Assembly: GCA_963794415.1 (NCBI GenBank)
Contig: CAWCDI010000001.1
Coordinates: 1,868,731 to 1,932,730, forward strand
Direction of reading: 5' to 3'
Source of the DNA: an uncultured Actinomycetes bacterium
Lineage (GTDB): Bacteria; Actinomycetota; Thermoleophilia; Gaiellales; JAICJC01
Length of the DNA: 64,000 bases
The position numbers were made by a program, and so were the translations under genes. Below the pieces are notes generated by a model that searched no databases, was not told the DNA's origin, and saw nothing but the letters and a program-made list of their open reading frames with translations. Of the stretch, positions 1 through 9,835 are shown piece by piece; the stretch's first letter is position 1; each line of letters begins with the position of its first letter.

Positions 1-1
1 C

Positions 2-1720
2 GTGATCGTGCTGCTGCTCGCCGTGACCGGCGGCATCGCGCTCTGGGGATCGTCCGCCCAGCAGACCTCCACCGCGGCCGTCATCCAGCTCGAAGGGGCA
101 AGCCAGGCGCTCGCCCAGGCGCGGTACGACATCGCCGACATGAACGGGTGGCAGACCGCCTACGCCTTCGATATCCAGCGCACCCGCCGGCAGGGCACGA
201 TGCCCGTGATCGCCACCCTCGCCTCGCGCAAGGCCTTCGTCGCCTCGGTCGCGCACGTGCGCCGCGACCTCGCCACTCTGGCGCGGAGCGCGCCCACCCC
301 GGCCGGCCGCCAGGCCGTTGCCGCCGCCGGCGCCGGGCTGGTCCGGTTCATGGCGCTCGACCGCCGGATCGTGGCGCTCTACACCCAGAACACCCCAACG
401 TCGAACGCCGAGGCGACCACGCTCGTGCTCGACCAGGAGATCACGATCTATGACCAGATCGCGACCCAGGCCGGGCGTCTGCGCGAGTCGCTCGACGCGA
501 CCTCCGACACCGTCGATCACCGCGCCCGGTCGGCCGCCGCGCTCACCCGGGCGCTGGTGATCGCAGCCGTGCTTCTGGCACTCATCGCCGCCGCGGCCAT
601 CGCGATTGCCATCTCCCGCTCGCTCACGCGATCGGTGACGCCCGTGCTCGAGCGGCTGCGGATGCTGCGCGACCACTGCGTCCCCGAGCTTCGCTCCGGC
701 CTCCAGGCGATGGCCCAGGGCGACCTGACCCGCACCGCCACGCTCGTCACGCCGGCCATTCCCCGGCCGGGGCGCGACGAGATCGGCCAGATCGCCATAG
801 AGGTCAACGCCATCCGCGACGCGACGGTCGCCTCGATCGAGGCCTACAACCAGTCGTGCGCCGCGCTCTCGCGGATGGTGACCGACGTCGCCGGCCAGGC
901 CTCCACGATCAGCGCGGCGTCCCAGGAGATGGCCTCGACGTCGGAGGAGACCGGCCGCACGGTGACCGAGATCGCCGCCGCCATCGGCGAGGTGGCCTCC
1001 GGCGCCGAGCGCCAGGCCCGGATGGTCGAGGAGGCCCGCACCAGCACCGACGCCACCCGCGCCTCGGCCCAGGAGGCCCGCGGCGTCGCCGAGCAGGGCG
1101 CCACCGCCGCCTACGAGGCGGCCGAGGCGATGGTCTCCGTGAACGAGTCGGCCGGCCGCGTGACCGAGGCGATCCGCGCTCTGGCAGCCAAATCCGAGCA
1201 GATTGGCGGTATCGTCGGCACCATCACAGGGCTCGCCGATCAGACCAATCTGCTGGCGCTGAACGCCGCCATCGAGGCCGCCCGCGCAGGCGAGCAGGGC
1301 CGCGGCTTTGCCGTGGTCGCGGAGGAGGTGCGGAAGCTGGCCGAGCAGTCGCAGGACGCCTCCACCACCATCGCGGGGCTCATCACCGAGATCCAGAACG
1401 ACACCGAGCAGGTGGTCTCTGTCGTGGAGGAGGCCGCGGAGCGCACCGAGCGCGGCACCGACGTGGTGGAGCGCACCCGCCAGGCGTTCACCGCGATCGA
1501 CGGCGCCGTCCAGAGCTTCGACCGGCAGATCACCGAGATCGCGCACGTGACCGGCGAGGTCGCCACCGTGGCGGAGGAGGCGAGCGCATCGACCGAGCAG
1601 ATCTACGCCTCCACCCAGCAGACCTCCGTCGGATCCGAGCAGCTCTCGCGGGCGGCTGAGGATCTCGCCACCACGGCCGGCCGGCTGGAGGAGCTGGTCA
1701 TGGGCTTCAGGACGAGGTAA
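2..1720 (+). CDS. Methyl-accepting chemotaxis protein (two TM, extracellular sensor, HAMP, MCP signal domain); 5' end possibly truncated by window edge
   Basis: Two hydrophobic segments flank a ~165-aa helical domain; HAMP-like RDEIGQIA; MCP hairpin [45 protein letters not shown]. Confidence 0.93.
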   Translation: MIVLLLAVTGGIALWGSSAQQTSTAAVIQLEGASQALAQARYDIADMNGWQTAYAFDIQRTRRQGTMPVIATLASRKAFVASVAHVRRDLATLARSAPTPAGRQAVAAAGAGLVRFMALDRRIVALYTQNTPTSNAEATTLVLDQEITIYDQIATQAGRLRESLDATSDTVDHRARSAAALTRALVIAAVLLALIAAAAIAIAISRSLTRSVTPVLERLRMLRDHCVPELRSGLQAMAQGDLTRTATLVTPAIPRPGRDEIGQIAIEVNAIRDATVASIEAYNQSCAALSRMVTDVAGQASTISAASQEMASTSEETGRTVTEIAAAIGEVASGAERQARMVEEARTSTDATRASAQEARGVAEQGATAAYEAAEAMVSVNESAGRVTEAIRALAAKSEQIGGIVGTITGLADQTNLLALNAAIEAARAGEQGRGFAVVAEEVRKLAEQSQDASTTIAGLITEIQNDTEQVVSVVEEAAERTERGTDVVERTRQAFTAIDGAVQSFDRQITEIAHVTGEVATVAEEASASTEQIYASTQQTSVGSEQLSRAAEDLATTAGRLEELVMGFRTR

Positions 1721-3836
1721 CCGGCGAGACGACCTTCCACACGGCCATCTGCGCAACCTGCGTGGATGACTGCGGATCGTCCGTGAACACGCGCTCGAGG
1801 CCGGGATCGGCATCCAGCTGGCGCACGATCTCGGGCGATGCCCGCTTGAGGTCGAGCGCCACGTAGTCCACCTGCCAGCGCTCGATGATCTGGTGCCGCT
1901 CGGCCTGCGACGTGCCCTTCCGCAGGTAGCGCGCGACGTCGCGGCGCCGCTCTGCGGGCTGATCCTTGCGCTCGGCCTGCGAGTGGAAGCTCGAGATCGC
2001 CGCCGCATACACCGGCGCCCCGCCCACCAGCTCGTATGCGAGCCCCGAGTAGTAGTTGGACGGCCGGGCGACGAACGGCGCCAGCACCACCGGCAGCGGC
2101 TGCCCCAGCGACCGCAGATACGTCAGCACCTGCGGCGTGGGCTGATCGCCCACAAACGGCTGCGGCCGGCCGTGGGTGATGGACTGCTTGATGGTGTGCC
2201 CGTGCACCGAGATCGAGCCCGCCAGCACCGCGAGTCCCAGCACGAGCGCCAGGATCGGCGCCGCCATGTTGCCCTCGTGGTACTCGTGCGAGGGCCGCCG
2301 CCGCCGCCGTGAGCGGGCGATCGCCTCCACCGCCGAGGCGATCACCACCAGCGCGCCGGCGCTCGAGATGACCGTCGCCGGGTTGCCGTAGAGCAGGTGG
2401 GTGCGTTGCAGGAAGAGCGACGCGATCGCCGCCACCGCGATCGCCAGCACGGCGTTTCGCGAGCGCGCGACCAGCACGATCGCCGGGCCTGCCACGTACG
2501 CCCACGGGATCATCTCCGCATAGCGCTGCGACTGGCCCTCGCCCACCAGCACGCCGATCGCAGGCGTCACCCCGGGGATGGTGCAGATCAGGAAGATCGT
2601 CGCGCTCAGGATCGCCAGGATGCCGAGCGGCGTGCGCGGCCTGCGGATGCCCCACACCACCGCCACGAGCGCGAGCACCGACTCGGCGCGGTGGTTCCAC
2701 ACCTGGTAGCCGGAGAGGGCCACGCGGTGGCCGCCGAGCGCCCAGAAGTTGCCCGGCGGGATCAGCACCGGCGTGCTGTGGCCCGAGCCGTGCACCGAGG
2801 CCAGGTAGATCAGCGCCACGAACACCATGCTCGACCCGATGGCGGCGATCGTGGCGCGCCAGAGCTGCGGGTTGAAGCACGAGACCACCACCAGCGCGAT
2901 CCAGAGCGGCGGGTCGTAGGTGAGGTGGCAGAACGTCATCACCAGCACGCCGGCCACAAGCAGCACCTCGATCACCGCCGAGCGCCGGCGGACCTGCTCG
3001 AGGACGAGGAGCAGGATCGCGGGCAGCACCACGAGCGTCACGTAGTACCGCGGCTGCTGGCCCGTGCTGATGATCTGCCCGCCGGTGCACGTCACCCAGA
3101 GCGCGAGGATGGCGGTGATGAGCCCCGAGAGCCGCCCGGCCACCCGGTGGCCCACCGCGTAGGCCACCACCGGCAGCATGAGGGCAAAGAGCGGTGCGAG
3201 GTCGGCGTAGCCGATGGAGACGTCCACCCCCGCGATGCGGATCGCCGCCGCCTCGGGCAGGTGCAGCAGCGGAAACGCGTAGCCGGCATGCGGATACCCG
3301 TCCTTGAACTGCCAGATGTTTCGCTCGTCGGGCCGCGAGAGCGCCAGCAGCTTTCGGATCACGCCGGCGTGGAAGAGGGCATCGCCGATGAGGATGGACT
3401 GCCACTGCCAGCCGATGATGGCGGCGAGCCCCGAGAGCGTGACGATGGCGGCGCTATCCACCAGCGGCGGCGGCTGAAGCGGCGGCACGGCAGCCAGGCA
3501 GAGCGCCGCGATCACCCCGACGACCACCGCGATGGCCACCAGCGGCACGCCGATCAGAAGCCCCGCGCCGCCGGGCACGATCCACACCGCCACGCCCAGC
3601 AGCGGCACGAGCCCCCATGCGGTCACGGGGCCGCGATCCTCGTCCAGCGCCAGCGCCCCTGCAAGCGCCCACCCCGGCACCAGGATCGCGAGCGCTCCCG
3701 CGAGGATCATCTCGAGCTGGCCGGGCACCACCCCGTTCAGCAGCCGCACGCCCGCAGCCGCCGCTGAGAGCACGAGCAGGGCGAGCGCGAACCGCAGGAC
3801 GAAGCCGCGCCAGGGGGTGGCAAGGGTGGTGGGCAT
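1707..3836 (-). CDS. Multi-pass membrane protein, possible GT-C-fold glycosyltransferase
   Basis: 709 aa with more than 12 hydrophobic segments, a GDALFH loop motif and a soluble C-terminal tail; TAGGCT -10 just upstream of ATG. The function is inference. Confidence 0.6.
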   Translation of the reverse strand: MPTTLATPWRGFVLRFALALLVLSAAAAGVRLLNGVVPGQLEMILAGALAILVPGWALAGALALDEDRGPVTAWGLVPLLGVAVWIVPGGAGLLIGVPLVAIAVVVGVIAALCLAAVPPLQPPPLVDSAAIVTLSGLAAIIGWQWQSILIGDALFHAGVIRKLLALSRPDERNIWQFKDGYPHAGYAFPLLHLPEAAAIRIAGVDVSIGYADLAPLFALMLPVVAYAVGHRVAGRLSGLITAILALWVTCTGGQIISTGQQPRYYVTLVVLPAILLLVLEQVRRRSAVIEVLLVAGVLVMTFCHLTYDPPLWIALVVVSCFNPQLWRATIAAIGSSMVFVALIYLASVHGSGHSTPVLIPPGNFWALGGHRVALSGYQVWNHRAESVLALVAVVWGIRRPRTPLGILAILSATIFLICTIPGVTPAIGVLVGEGQSQRYAEMIPWAYVAGPAIVLVARSRNAVLAIAVAAIASLFLQRTHLLYGNPATVISSAGALVVIASAVEAIARSRRRRRPSHEYHEGNMAAPILALVLGLAVLAGSISVHGHTIKQSITHGRPQPFVGDQPTPQVLTYLRSLGQPLPVVLAPFVARPSNYYSGLAYELVGGAPVYAAAISSFHSQAERKDQPAERRRDVARYLRKGTSQAERHQIIERWQVDYVALDLKRASPEIVRQLDADPGLERVFTDDPQSSTQVAQMAVWKVVSPVTSS

Positions 3837-3877
3837 CCGCCGTAGCCTATGGTCGCGGGTTGACGGCGGCTCCAGAT

Positions 3878-3904
3878 CTCAACTCGCGACGCCACGAGCC
3901 GATC
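3878..3904 (+). promoter_or_regulatory. Sigma-28 (FliA/WhiG)-type promoter
   Basis: CTCA-N16-GCCGATC upstream of a chemoreceptor gene; fits the actinobacterial flagellar promoter pattern CTCA-N15/17-GCCGA. Confidence 0.7.
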
Positions 3905-3961
3905 AATCGGGCCGTCGGCCGGCTATCCGGGCCGTGTCCCCGTAGAAGGAGCTCGTCGCCC

Positions 3962-5449
3962 GTGTCCCAGCTCGCCTCGACCTATCGCATGAACGAGACC
4001 AACCTGGCGCTGCGCCGCGAGTTCATGGGGCTCACCCAGGACGACGTGGCGGTGCTCGCGAAGCTGCAGCCGTGGGCCGACAAGATCGCCGACCAGCTGG
4101 CCAGGGAGTTCTACGACATCCAGTTCAACTTCGAGCCGACGGTGCGCTTCTTCCGCGCCTACGGCGAGAAGAACGGCCGCTCGCTCGACCAGCTGCGCTC
4201 GGGGCTCGAGAAGGCCCAGGCCGGCTACTTCCGCCAGATCTTCGGGGAGGCCGCCGGCCGCGGCACCTTCGGCGTGGACTACTTCGAGCAGCGGCTGCAG
4301 GTCGGCCGCCTCCACAACGCCATCGACCTGCCGCTCAAGTGGTACATCGGGAGCTACCCGCGCTACTTCGACCTCACCCGCAAGCACCTGCGCAAGTCCT
4401 ATCCCCACCGCCCGCGCATGCGCGCCCAGGCCGAGCGCGCCGTCCTGACGGTGATGAACGCCGACATGCAGGCCATCGTCGAGGCCTTCTACTTCGACAC
4501 CTTCGCGACCATGGGCGTGCAGCTCGAGACCATCCCGGTTGACACCTCGAGCGAGGACCTGTCGGATCGCGGCCAGCACCTGAAGGCCATGGTGCGGGTG
4601 CCGCTGGAGGGCGTCACGAAGGCGCTCGTCACGCTCAAGGCGACCGCCGAGCGGATGGAGGGCGCCTCGAGCGAGGCCGGCCGCGCAGTGGCCGAGATCG
4701 CCCAGGCGGTGACCGATGTGGCCGAGGGCGCCGAGCGCCAGGTGCGCATGGTGACCAAGGCGCGCGACAGCGCCACCGAGACCGCCACCGAGGCCGCCGC
4801 AGCCCAGCAGATGTCCGAGGAGGGCGTGAGCTCGGCCGGACGCGCCGCCGACGCGATGCAGGCCGTGCGCGACTCGTCGGAGACCGTCTCGAGCGTCATG
4901 GGCGAGCTCTCGGGCATGTCCGAGGAGATCGGCACCATCGTCGAGACCATCACCAACATCGCGGGCCAGACCAACCTGCTGGCGCTGAACGCCGCCATCG
5001 AGGCCGCCCGCGCAGGCGAGCAGGGCCGCGGATTCGCCGTGGTCGCCGAGGAGGTGCGAAAGCTCGCCGAGGAGAGCCAGCTGGCCGCCGAGCGCATCGC
5101 AACCCTCATCGCCCGCATCCAGCGCGAGACCACCTCCGCCGTCGCCGCGGTCGCATCGAGCGCCGAGCAGACCGATGCCGGCGTGGCCGTGGTCGAGCAG
5201 ACCCGCGAGGCCTTCGCCGCCATCACCCAGCGCGTGGCCGGCATCGCCGACCGCGTCGATTCGATCGTCTCGGCCGCCACCGAGGTGGCCGCGGTCGCCG
5301 AGCAGTCGTCGGCGTCGGTCGAGCAGGTCTCGGCATCCACCCAGGAGACAAGCGCGACGACCGATGCGGTGGCCGCCTCGGCCGCCGAGCTCGCGCGGAC
5401 GGCCGCCGACCTCGAGACGATCGTGGCCGGGTTCAACCTCGAGGCGTGA
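3962..5449 (+). CDS. Globin-coupled sensor (HemAT-like soluble chemoreceptor)
   Basis: GTG start after AGGAG; N-terminal protoglobin-like domain ([23 protein letters not shown] with candidate proximal His); C-terminal MCP motif [27 protein letters not shown]; no TM helix. Confidence 0.9.
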   Translation: MSQLASTYRMNETNLALRREFMGLTQDDVAVLAKLQPWADKIADQLAREFYDIQFNFEPTVRFFRAYGEKNGRSLDQLRSGLEKAQAGYFRQIFGEAAGRGTFGVDYFEQRLQVGRLHNAIDLPLKWYIGSYPRYFDLTRKHLRKSYPHRPRMRAQAERAVLTVMNADMQAIVEAFYFDTFATMGVQLETIPVDTSSEDLSDRGQHLKAMVRVPLEGVTKALVTLKATAERMEGASSEAGRAVAEIAQAVTDVAEGAERQVRMVTKARDSATETATEAAAAQQMSEEGVSSAGRAADAMQAVRDSSETVSSVMGELSGMSEEIGTIVETITNIAGQTNLLALNAAIEAARAGEQGRGFAVVAEEVRKLAEESQLAAERIATLIARIQRETTSAVAAVASSAEQTDAGVAVVEQTREAFAAITQRVAGIADRVDSIVSAATEVAAVAEQSSASVEQVSASTQETSATTDAVAASAAELARTAADLETIVAGFNLEA

Positions 5450-6054
5450 TCGTGGCGCGACGCCTGCTCGGGCCGCTGGTGATCGTGCTGGTTGCGATCG
5501 CCGCGGCCGTTGCCGGCGGCGGGGTCTACGCGACCTGGACGGGCACGGCCTCGCAGTCGCAGGCGATCGGCTCGGGCACCCTCACAGCCACCTTCGGCGC
5601 CGCCGGCACGTCCGCCAACCGCATCTCGCTCGCGATCACCGACATGACCGCGGGCGTGCCGGTGTTCCGCCCGCTCGACGTGATCAACGGGGCCGACCTC
5701 ACCGCTTTGCAGATGTCGACGGGCTCGGCGAGCCCGTCCTCCACGCTCAACAGCGACACCACCAACGGCATCCAGATGACCGTCACCCGCTGCTCGGTGC
5801 CGTGGACGGAGTCGGGGACATCGCCCAGCTTCAGCTACGCCTGCTCGGGCACGACCACGACCGCGATCGCAGCGGGCTCCCTCCAGACGTCGACCCAAAC
5901 CCTTACCGGCAGTCCCGACCTCACTAACGGCGGGACCAACCATCTGCTCTACCGTTTCATGATCCCGTCGGCGACCTCCACGTCGTTCGAGGGGCTCACG
6001 ACCGGCGTCACGTTCCGGTTCTTCAGCCAGCAGCGCACCGCCGGCAGCCGCTAG
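5446..6054 (+). CDS. TasA/CalY-like secreted protein with SipW-type signal peptide (paralog 1)
   Basis: Signal ends GGVYATWT, then SGTL; Ser/Thr-rich; [18 protein letters not shown]; GTGA overlap with the globin sensor stop. Confidence 0.8.
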   Translation: MIVARRLLGPLVIVLVAIAAAVAGGGVYATWTGTASQSQAIGSGTLTATFGAAGTSANRISLAITDMTAGVPVFRPLDVINGADLTALQMSTGSASPSSTLNSDTTNGIQMTVTRCSVPWTESGTSPSFSYACSGTTTTAIAAGSLQTSTQTLTGSPDLTNGGTNHLLYRFMIPSATSTSFEGLTTGVTFRFFSQQRTAGSR

Positions 6055-6083
6055 CTCAAGAAGCCCGCGCCGCCTCCGACTAC
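6055..6083 (+). promoter_or_regulatory. Sigma-28-type promoter
   Basis: CTCA-N16-TCCGACTAC; ATG follows at 6090. Confidence 0.62.
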
Positions 6084-6089
6084 GTGGGC

Positions 6090-6710
6090 ATGAATCTGCC
6101 AGACCGCATCCGCCGTCCCCACGTCATCGCCGTCGGCGCGCTCACGCTCGCGGTCGCCGCCGCCATCGCCGGCGTGGGCACGTTCGCGAGCTTCACGTCG
6201 AGCGCCTCCCAGGCGATCTCCATCACGTCGGGCACCGTCACCATTGCGCTCGGCGCAACCGGCGCGTCCACCAACCGCCTGAACGTGAACGCCTCGGCCA
6301 TCGTCCCCGGCGACACGATGCAGCGAAGCGCCGACATCTCGGTCTCGGGCACGAGCGACATCGGCTCGATCAAGCTCACCACCACCGCGAGCCCCAGCAC
6401 GCTTCTCGACACCGACACCACCGACGGCCTGCACATCGCCATCGACAAGTGCTCGTCGGCGTGGACAGAGGCCGGCACCTCGCCCGCATTCACCTACACG
6501 TGCGGCGGCACCACCACCACCGTGCTCTCGTCTCAGGCCGTGATCGGCGCAAACATCTCGCTCCCCGGCGTCTCCACCACCGCCGGCTCGACCACCCACC
6601 TGCGCGTGACCCTCACGCTCCCGGCCACGGCGGGGAACACCTTCGAGGGCCTCTCGTCCACCATCACGTGCGCCTTCACCGGCAGCCAGCGCGCCGCCAC
6701 CAACGAGTAG
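6090..6710 (+). CDS. TasA/CalY-like secreted protein (paralog 2)
   Basis: Signal ends GVGTFASFT; SGTV...IVPGDTMQR; LTLPATAGNTFEG C-terminus; two Cys in the shared motif. Alternative GTG start at 6084. Confidence 0.85.
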   Translation: MNLPDRIRRPHVIAVGALTLAVAAAIAGVGTFASFTSSASQAISITSGTVTIALGATGASTNRLNVNASAIVPGDTMQRSADISVSGTSDIGSIKLTTTASPSTLLDTDTTDGLHIAIDKCSSAWTEAGTSPAFTYTCGGTTTTVLSSQAVIGANISLPGVSTTAGSTTHLRVTLTLPATAGNTFEGLSSTITCAFTGSQRAATNE

Positions 6711-6743
6711 CCCGCGGGTGCGACTCGCGGGTCGACACCACCG

Positions 6744-7439
6744 ATGCCCCCCACACAGACCGATATCCCCCTCATCGCCTTCACGGCCGCCATCGCCGGG
6801 CTGCGGCTCGTGCAGCTCGGCAGGTCGTGGCTGCCGCGGGCAAACGGCCGCAGGGCCGGCTCGGTCGCCGTTGCGGGCATCGCCCTGGCGGCCGCGCTAG
6901 CCGGAGCAGGGGCCTATGCCACGTTCACCAGCGTGGCCTCGCAGTCGCAGTCGGTGTCGTCGGGCACGGTGGCCATCAACCTCGGCGCCACCGGCGCGGC
7001 GACCAACCGCCTGAACATCAGCGCAAGCGGCATCGTCGCCGGCGACACCATGCAGCGAAGCGTCGATGTGAACACCGGCTCGGCCGACCTCAGCGGCATC
7101 ACGCTCACCACCAGCGCCAGCCCGAGCTCGCTGCTCGACACCGACACCACCAACGGCCTGCAGGTCGCCATCGACAAGTGCTCCTCCGCGTGGACGGAGG
7201 CGGGCACGTCGCCGGCCTACACCTACACGTGCGGCGGCACCACCAGCACGGTGCTCGCCTCGCGGGCGGTGATCGGCACCAACATCACGCTCTCGAACAT
7301 GACGTTCACCGCGAGCGCCACCAACCACCTGCGGGTGACCCTGACCCTGCCGTCGGCCTCCGCCAACACCACGCAGGGCCTCAGCTCGACCATCCAGTAC
7401 GACTTCATCGGCTCCCAGCGGGCGGCGACCAACAAGTGA
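6744..7439 (+). CDS. TasA/CalY-like secreted protein (paralog 3); true start may be downstream (e.g. GTG 6810)
   Basis: Signal ends GAGAYATFT; IVAGDTMQR; near-identical blocks to paralog 2 (IDKCSSAWTEAGTSPA). Confidence 0.85.
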   Translation: MPPTQTDIPLIAFTAAIAGLRLVQLGRSWLPRANGRRAGSVAVAGIALAAALAGAGAYATFTSVASQSQSVSSGTVAINLGATGAATNRLNISASGIVAGDTMQRSVDVNTGSADLSGITLTTSASPSSLLDTDTTNGLQVAIDKCSSAWTEAGTSPAYTYTCGGTTSTVLASRAVIGTNITLSNMTFTASATNHLRVTLTLPSASANTTQGLSSTIQYDFIGSQRAATNK

Positions 7440-7447
7440 GCGACGCG

Positions 7448-7476
7448 CTCAACACTGGTTCGCCGCATCCGACTAC
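7448..7476 (+). promoter_or_regulatory. Sigma-28-type promoter
   Basis: CTCA-N16-TCCGACTAC, same -35, spacing and -10 as the site at 6055. Confidence 0.62.
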
Positions 7477-7521
7477 CTGGGGGTCATCCATCCGACCTCA
7501 ACCGGCAACGGAGCTTCCCTC

Positions 7522-8118
7522 ATGCGCTCTCTGAGCAGACGAACACGGCTTTTCATCCTCCCCACGGTGATCCTCATCGCGGCGATCGTCGCGGCGTTCG
7601 GCGCCTGGGCGAGCTTCACCAGCTCGACCACTGCAGTGACCCAGAACTTCTCGACGGGCACGTTCACGGTCGATGTCGGCGCGACCGGCGGCCAGGCCAA
7701 CCGGCTGAACGTGAACGCGACCGACGTGAACCCCGGCGACACCATCCAGCGAAGCGTCGATCTCATCAACTCGGGCACGCTCGACTTCGGCGCCATCACG
7801 CTCACGACCGACGCGACCACCAGCTCGGTGCTTGACACCGACACCACCGACGGCCTGCAGATGTCCATCGACCACTGCTCCAACAGCTGGACGGAGAGCG
7901 GCACCTCGCCCAACTACACCTACATCTGCGGGGGCTCGACGAGCACCGTGCTCGCGTCGCGGCCGGTGGTGGGCAACAACCTCTCGCTGAGCAACCTGGA
8001 CGCTGTCAACGGTGGCAACACCGACCACCTCCGGGTGACGTTCACGCTGCCCTCGACCGCCGACAACACGTTCGAGGGCAAGAGCTCGTCCATCCGGTTC
8101 GTCTTCACCGCGAACTAG
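7522..8118 (+). CDS. TasA/CalY-like secreted protein (paralog 4)
   Basis: Signal ends FGAWASFT; VNPGDTIQR; FTLPSTADNTFEGKS; GGAG RBS. Confidence 0.85.
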   Translation: MRSLSRRTRLFILPTVILIAAIVAAFGAWASFTSSTTAVTQNFSTGTFTVDVGATGGQANRLNVNATDVNPGDTIQRSVDLINSGTLDFGAITLTTDATTSSVLDTDTTDGLQMSIDHCSNSWTESGTSPNYTYICGGSTSTVLASRPVVGNNLSLSNLDAVNGGNTDHLRVTFTLPSTADNTFEGKSSSIRFVFTAN

Positions 8119-8125
8119 CCCGCAC

Positions 8126-8644
8126 GTGGGCCGGTTCGCAGGCTTCTGCGCCACCGGGCTCGCGGGCCTGGTCGCGCTGGTGACGATCGTGATGGTGGCG
8201 GGCACGCTCACGGGGAAGATGCGCGTGCTGCCCGTGCTCTCGGGCAGCATGACGCCCGCATTCGACACGGGCTCGGCCGCGATCGTGACGCCGCAGGCAG
8301 CATCCGCGCTCCGCGTCGGCGAGGTGGTCGTCTACCACATCCCCGTGATGGATCACCACCTCGTGATGCACCGCGTCGTGAAGGTGCTGCACCACCACGC
8401 GGGCACGATCATCACCACGCGCGGCGACGCCAACCCGGTGGACGATCCGTGGACGGCGCGGCTGAAGGGCGGCGTGGTGTGGGTTGCCCACGGCGACGTG
8501 CCGCTGGCCGGCTACGCCATCGTGGCCCTGCGCTCGCCGTTCACCATCGCGGGCATCGTCCTGATGGTCGCCGCGTGGGTCGCCGGGACGATGGCCGTGC
8601 GCGAGTGGCGAAAGCGCGACGACGACATCTGGTGGCAGCTGTGA
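8126..8644 (+). CDS. sipW: Signal peptidase I, SipW/ER-type (S26B)
   Basis: VLSGSMTP (catalytic Ser), VMHRVV (His general base), TRGDANP..D; N- and C-terminal TM helices; adjacent to TasA-like genes. Confidence 0.9.
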   Translation: MGRFAGFCATGLAGLVALVTIVMVAGTLTGKMRVLPVLSGSMTPAFDTGSAAIVTPQAASALRVGEVVVYHIPVMDHHLVMHRVVKVLHHHAGTIITTRGDANPVDDPWTARLKGGVVWVAHGDVPLAGYAIVALRSPFTIAGIVLMVAAWVAGTMAVREWRKRDDDIWWQL

Positions 8645-9078
8645 GGGTGAGGCGCCTCCACGTGATGGTCGCCGCGATGGCGATCTTCTGCGCGACCGCA
8701 GGAGCCGGCACCGCTGCATGGTCGGTGGGGCTCACCATCACGCCGGGCCAGCCGTTCACGAGCGCGACCTTCACCACCCCGGCGAGCCCGGCGGTGGTCA
8801 ACTACGACTGCTCGTCGTCGCTGGGCGCCCGCGTGCAGCTCAGCTGGACGGGGGCGGGCGGCTCGGGCGACGGGATCGACCTGCTGCGCGCCACCTCCTC
8901 GGGCGGGCCGTACACCGACCAGGGGGTGCAGACGTCGTCGATCGGCACCGGCAGCTTCATCTCGCCGTACATGACGCGAAACACGCACTACTGGTTCGAG
9001 CTGCGAACCACGGTGAACGGCGGCACGTGGTTCAGCACGGCGACGTCCTCGGTGAACGTCGTGACGCTCAACTGCTGA
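8641..9078 (+). CDS. SipW-type secreted protein with fibronectin-III-like beta domain
   Basis: GTGA overlap with sipW; signal ends GAGTAAWS; VQLSWT...LLRATSSGGPYT...YWFELRT pattern; two Cys in the mature part. Confidence 0.7.
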   Translation: MRVRRLHVMVAAMAIFCATAGAGTAAWSVGLTITPGQPFTSATFTTPASPAVVNYDCSSSLGARVQLSWTGAGGSGDGIDLLRATSSGGPYTDQGVQTSSIGTGSFISPYMTRNTHYWFELRTTVNGGTWFSTATSSVNVVTLNC

Positions 9079-9097
9079 CCCGCTAGGGTCCGGCGGC

Positions 9098-9835
9098 ATG
9101 CGCATCACCTATGTCGGGCACGCCACCCTGCTCGTCGAGATCGACGGCGTCAGGATCCTCACCGATCCGATCCTGCGCTCGCGCGTGGCCCATCTGCGCC
9201 GGCTCGGATCGGTCGCCGACGCCGACATCCGAAACATCGATGCCGTGCTCATCTCCCACGCCCACGGCGACCACCTCGACCCGCCGTCGCTTCGGCGCAT
9301 CCCCGGCGACCCGCTCTACATCGCCCCCACCGGGCTCGGGAAGCTCCTGCGAAAGCGCGCCGGCGCCCGCGTGCGCGAGATCGCCGTCGGTGAGACCACC
9401 GCCGTGGGCGACGTCGGCGTGACCGCCTTCGAGGCCGACCACGACCACCGCCGGACACCCGTCACCACCACCAGCGCGCCGGCCGTCGGCTACCTCATGC
9501 GCGGCTCGCAATCGGCCTACTTCGCCGGCGACACCGGCCTGCACGACCAGATGTCGGCGCTCGCCGCCGAGGAGGTCGACGTCGCCCTGATCCCCGTCGC
9601 CGGCTGGGGACCGACCCTCGGCCCCGGGCACATGGATCCCCGCCAGGCGGCCGCGTCGCTCGCCCTCATCAAGCCGCGGGTCGCCATCCCCATCCACTGG
9701 GGCACGCTCGGCCCGATCGGCTCGAAGCCGCCCACCGCGGCCCCGGCGCGCGAGTTCGCAGAGGCCGCCGCCGAGCTCGCTCCCGGCGTGCGCATCGTGG
9801 TGCTCCAGCCCGGGGAGAGCTCAGCTCTCGAGTGA
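9098..9835 (+). CDS. MBL-fold metallo-hydrolase (UlaG-like)
   Basis: YVGHAT, TDP, ISHAHGDHLD, YFAGDT, IPIHWGT. Confidence 0.92.
   Translation: MRITYVGHATLLVEIDGVRILTDPILRSRVAHLRRLGSVADADIRNIDAVLISHAHGDHLDPPSLRRIPGDPLYIAPTGLGKLLRKRAGARVREIAVGETTAVGDVGVTAFEADHDHRRTPVTTTSAPAVGYLMRGSQSAYFAGDTGLHDQMSALAAEEVDVALIPVAGWGPTLGPGHMDPRQAAASLALIKPRVAIPIHWGTLGPIGSKPPTAAPAREFAEAAAELAPGVRIVVLQPGESSALE

Noticed and set aside
1240-5075. Near-identical ~100-bp DNA blocks at about 1240-1345 and 4965-5075
   Set aside because: They encode the universally conserved MCP signalling hairpin in two paralogs; not a mobile repeat.
6724-6766. Possible sigma-28 promoter for paralog 3 (ACCGATAT)
   Set aside because: No CTCA or TAAA at the correct spacing.
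5446-8118. Periodic DNA similarity suggesting a repeat array or CRISPR
   Set aside because: Explained by four paralogous CDSs; there is no short repeat-spacer structure.
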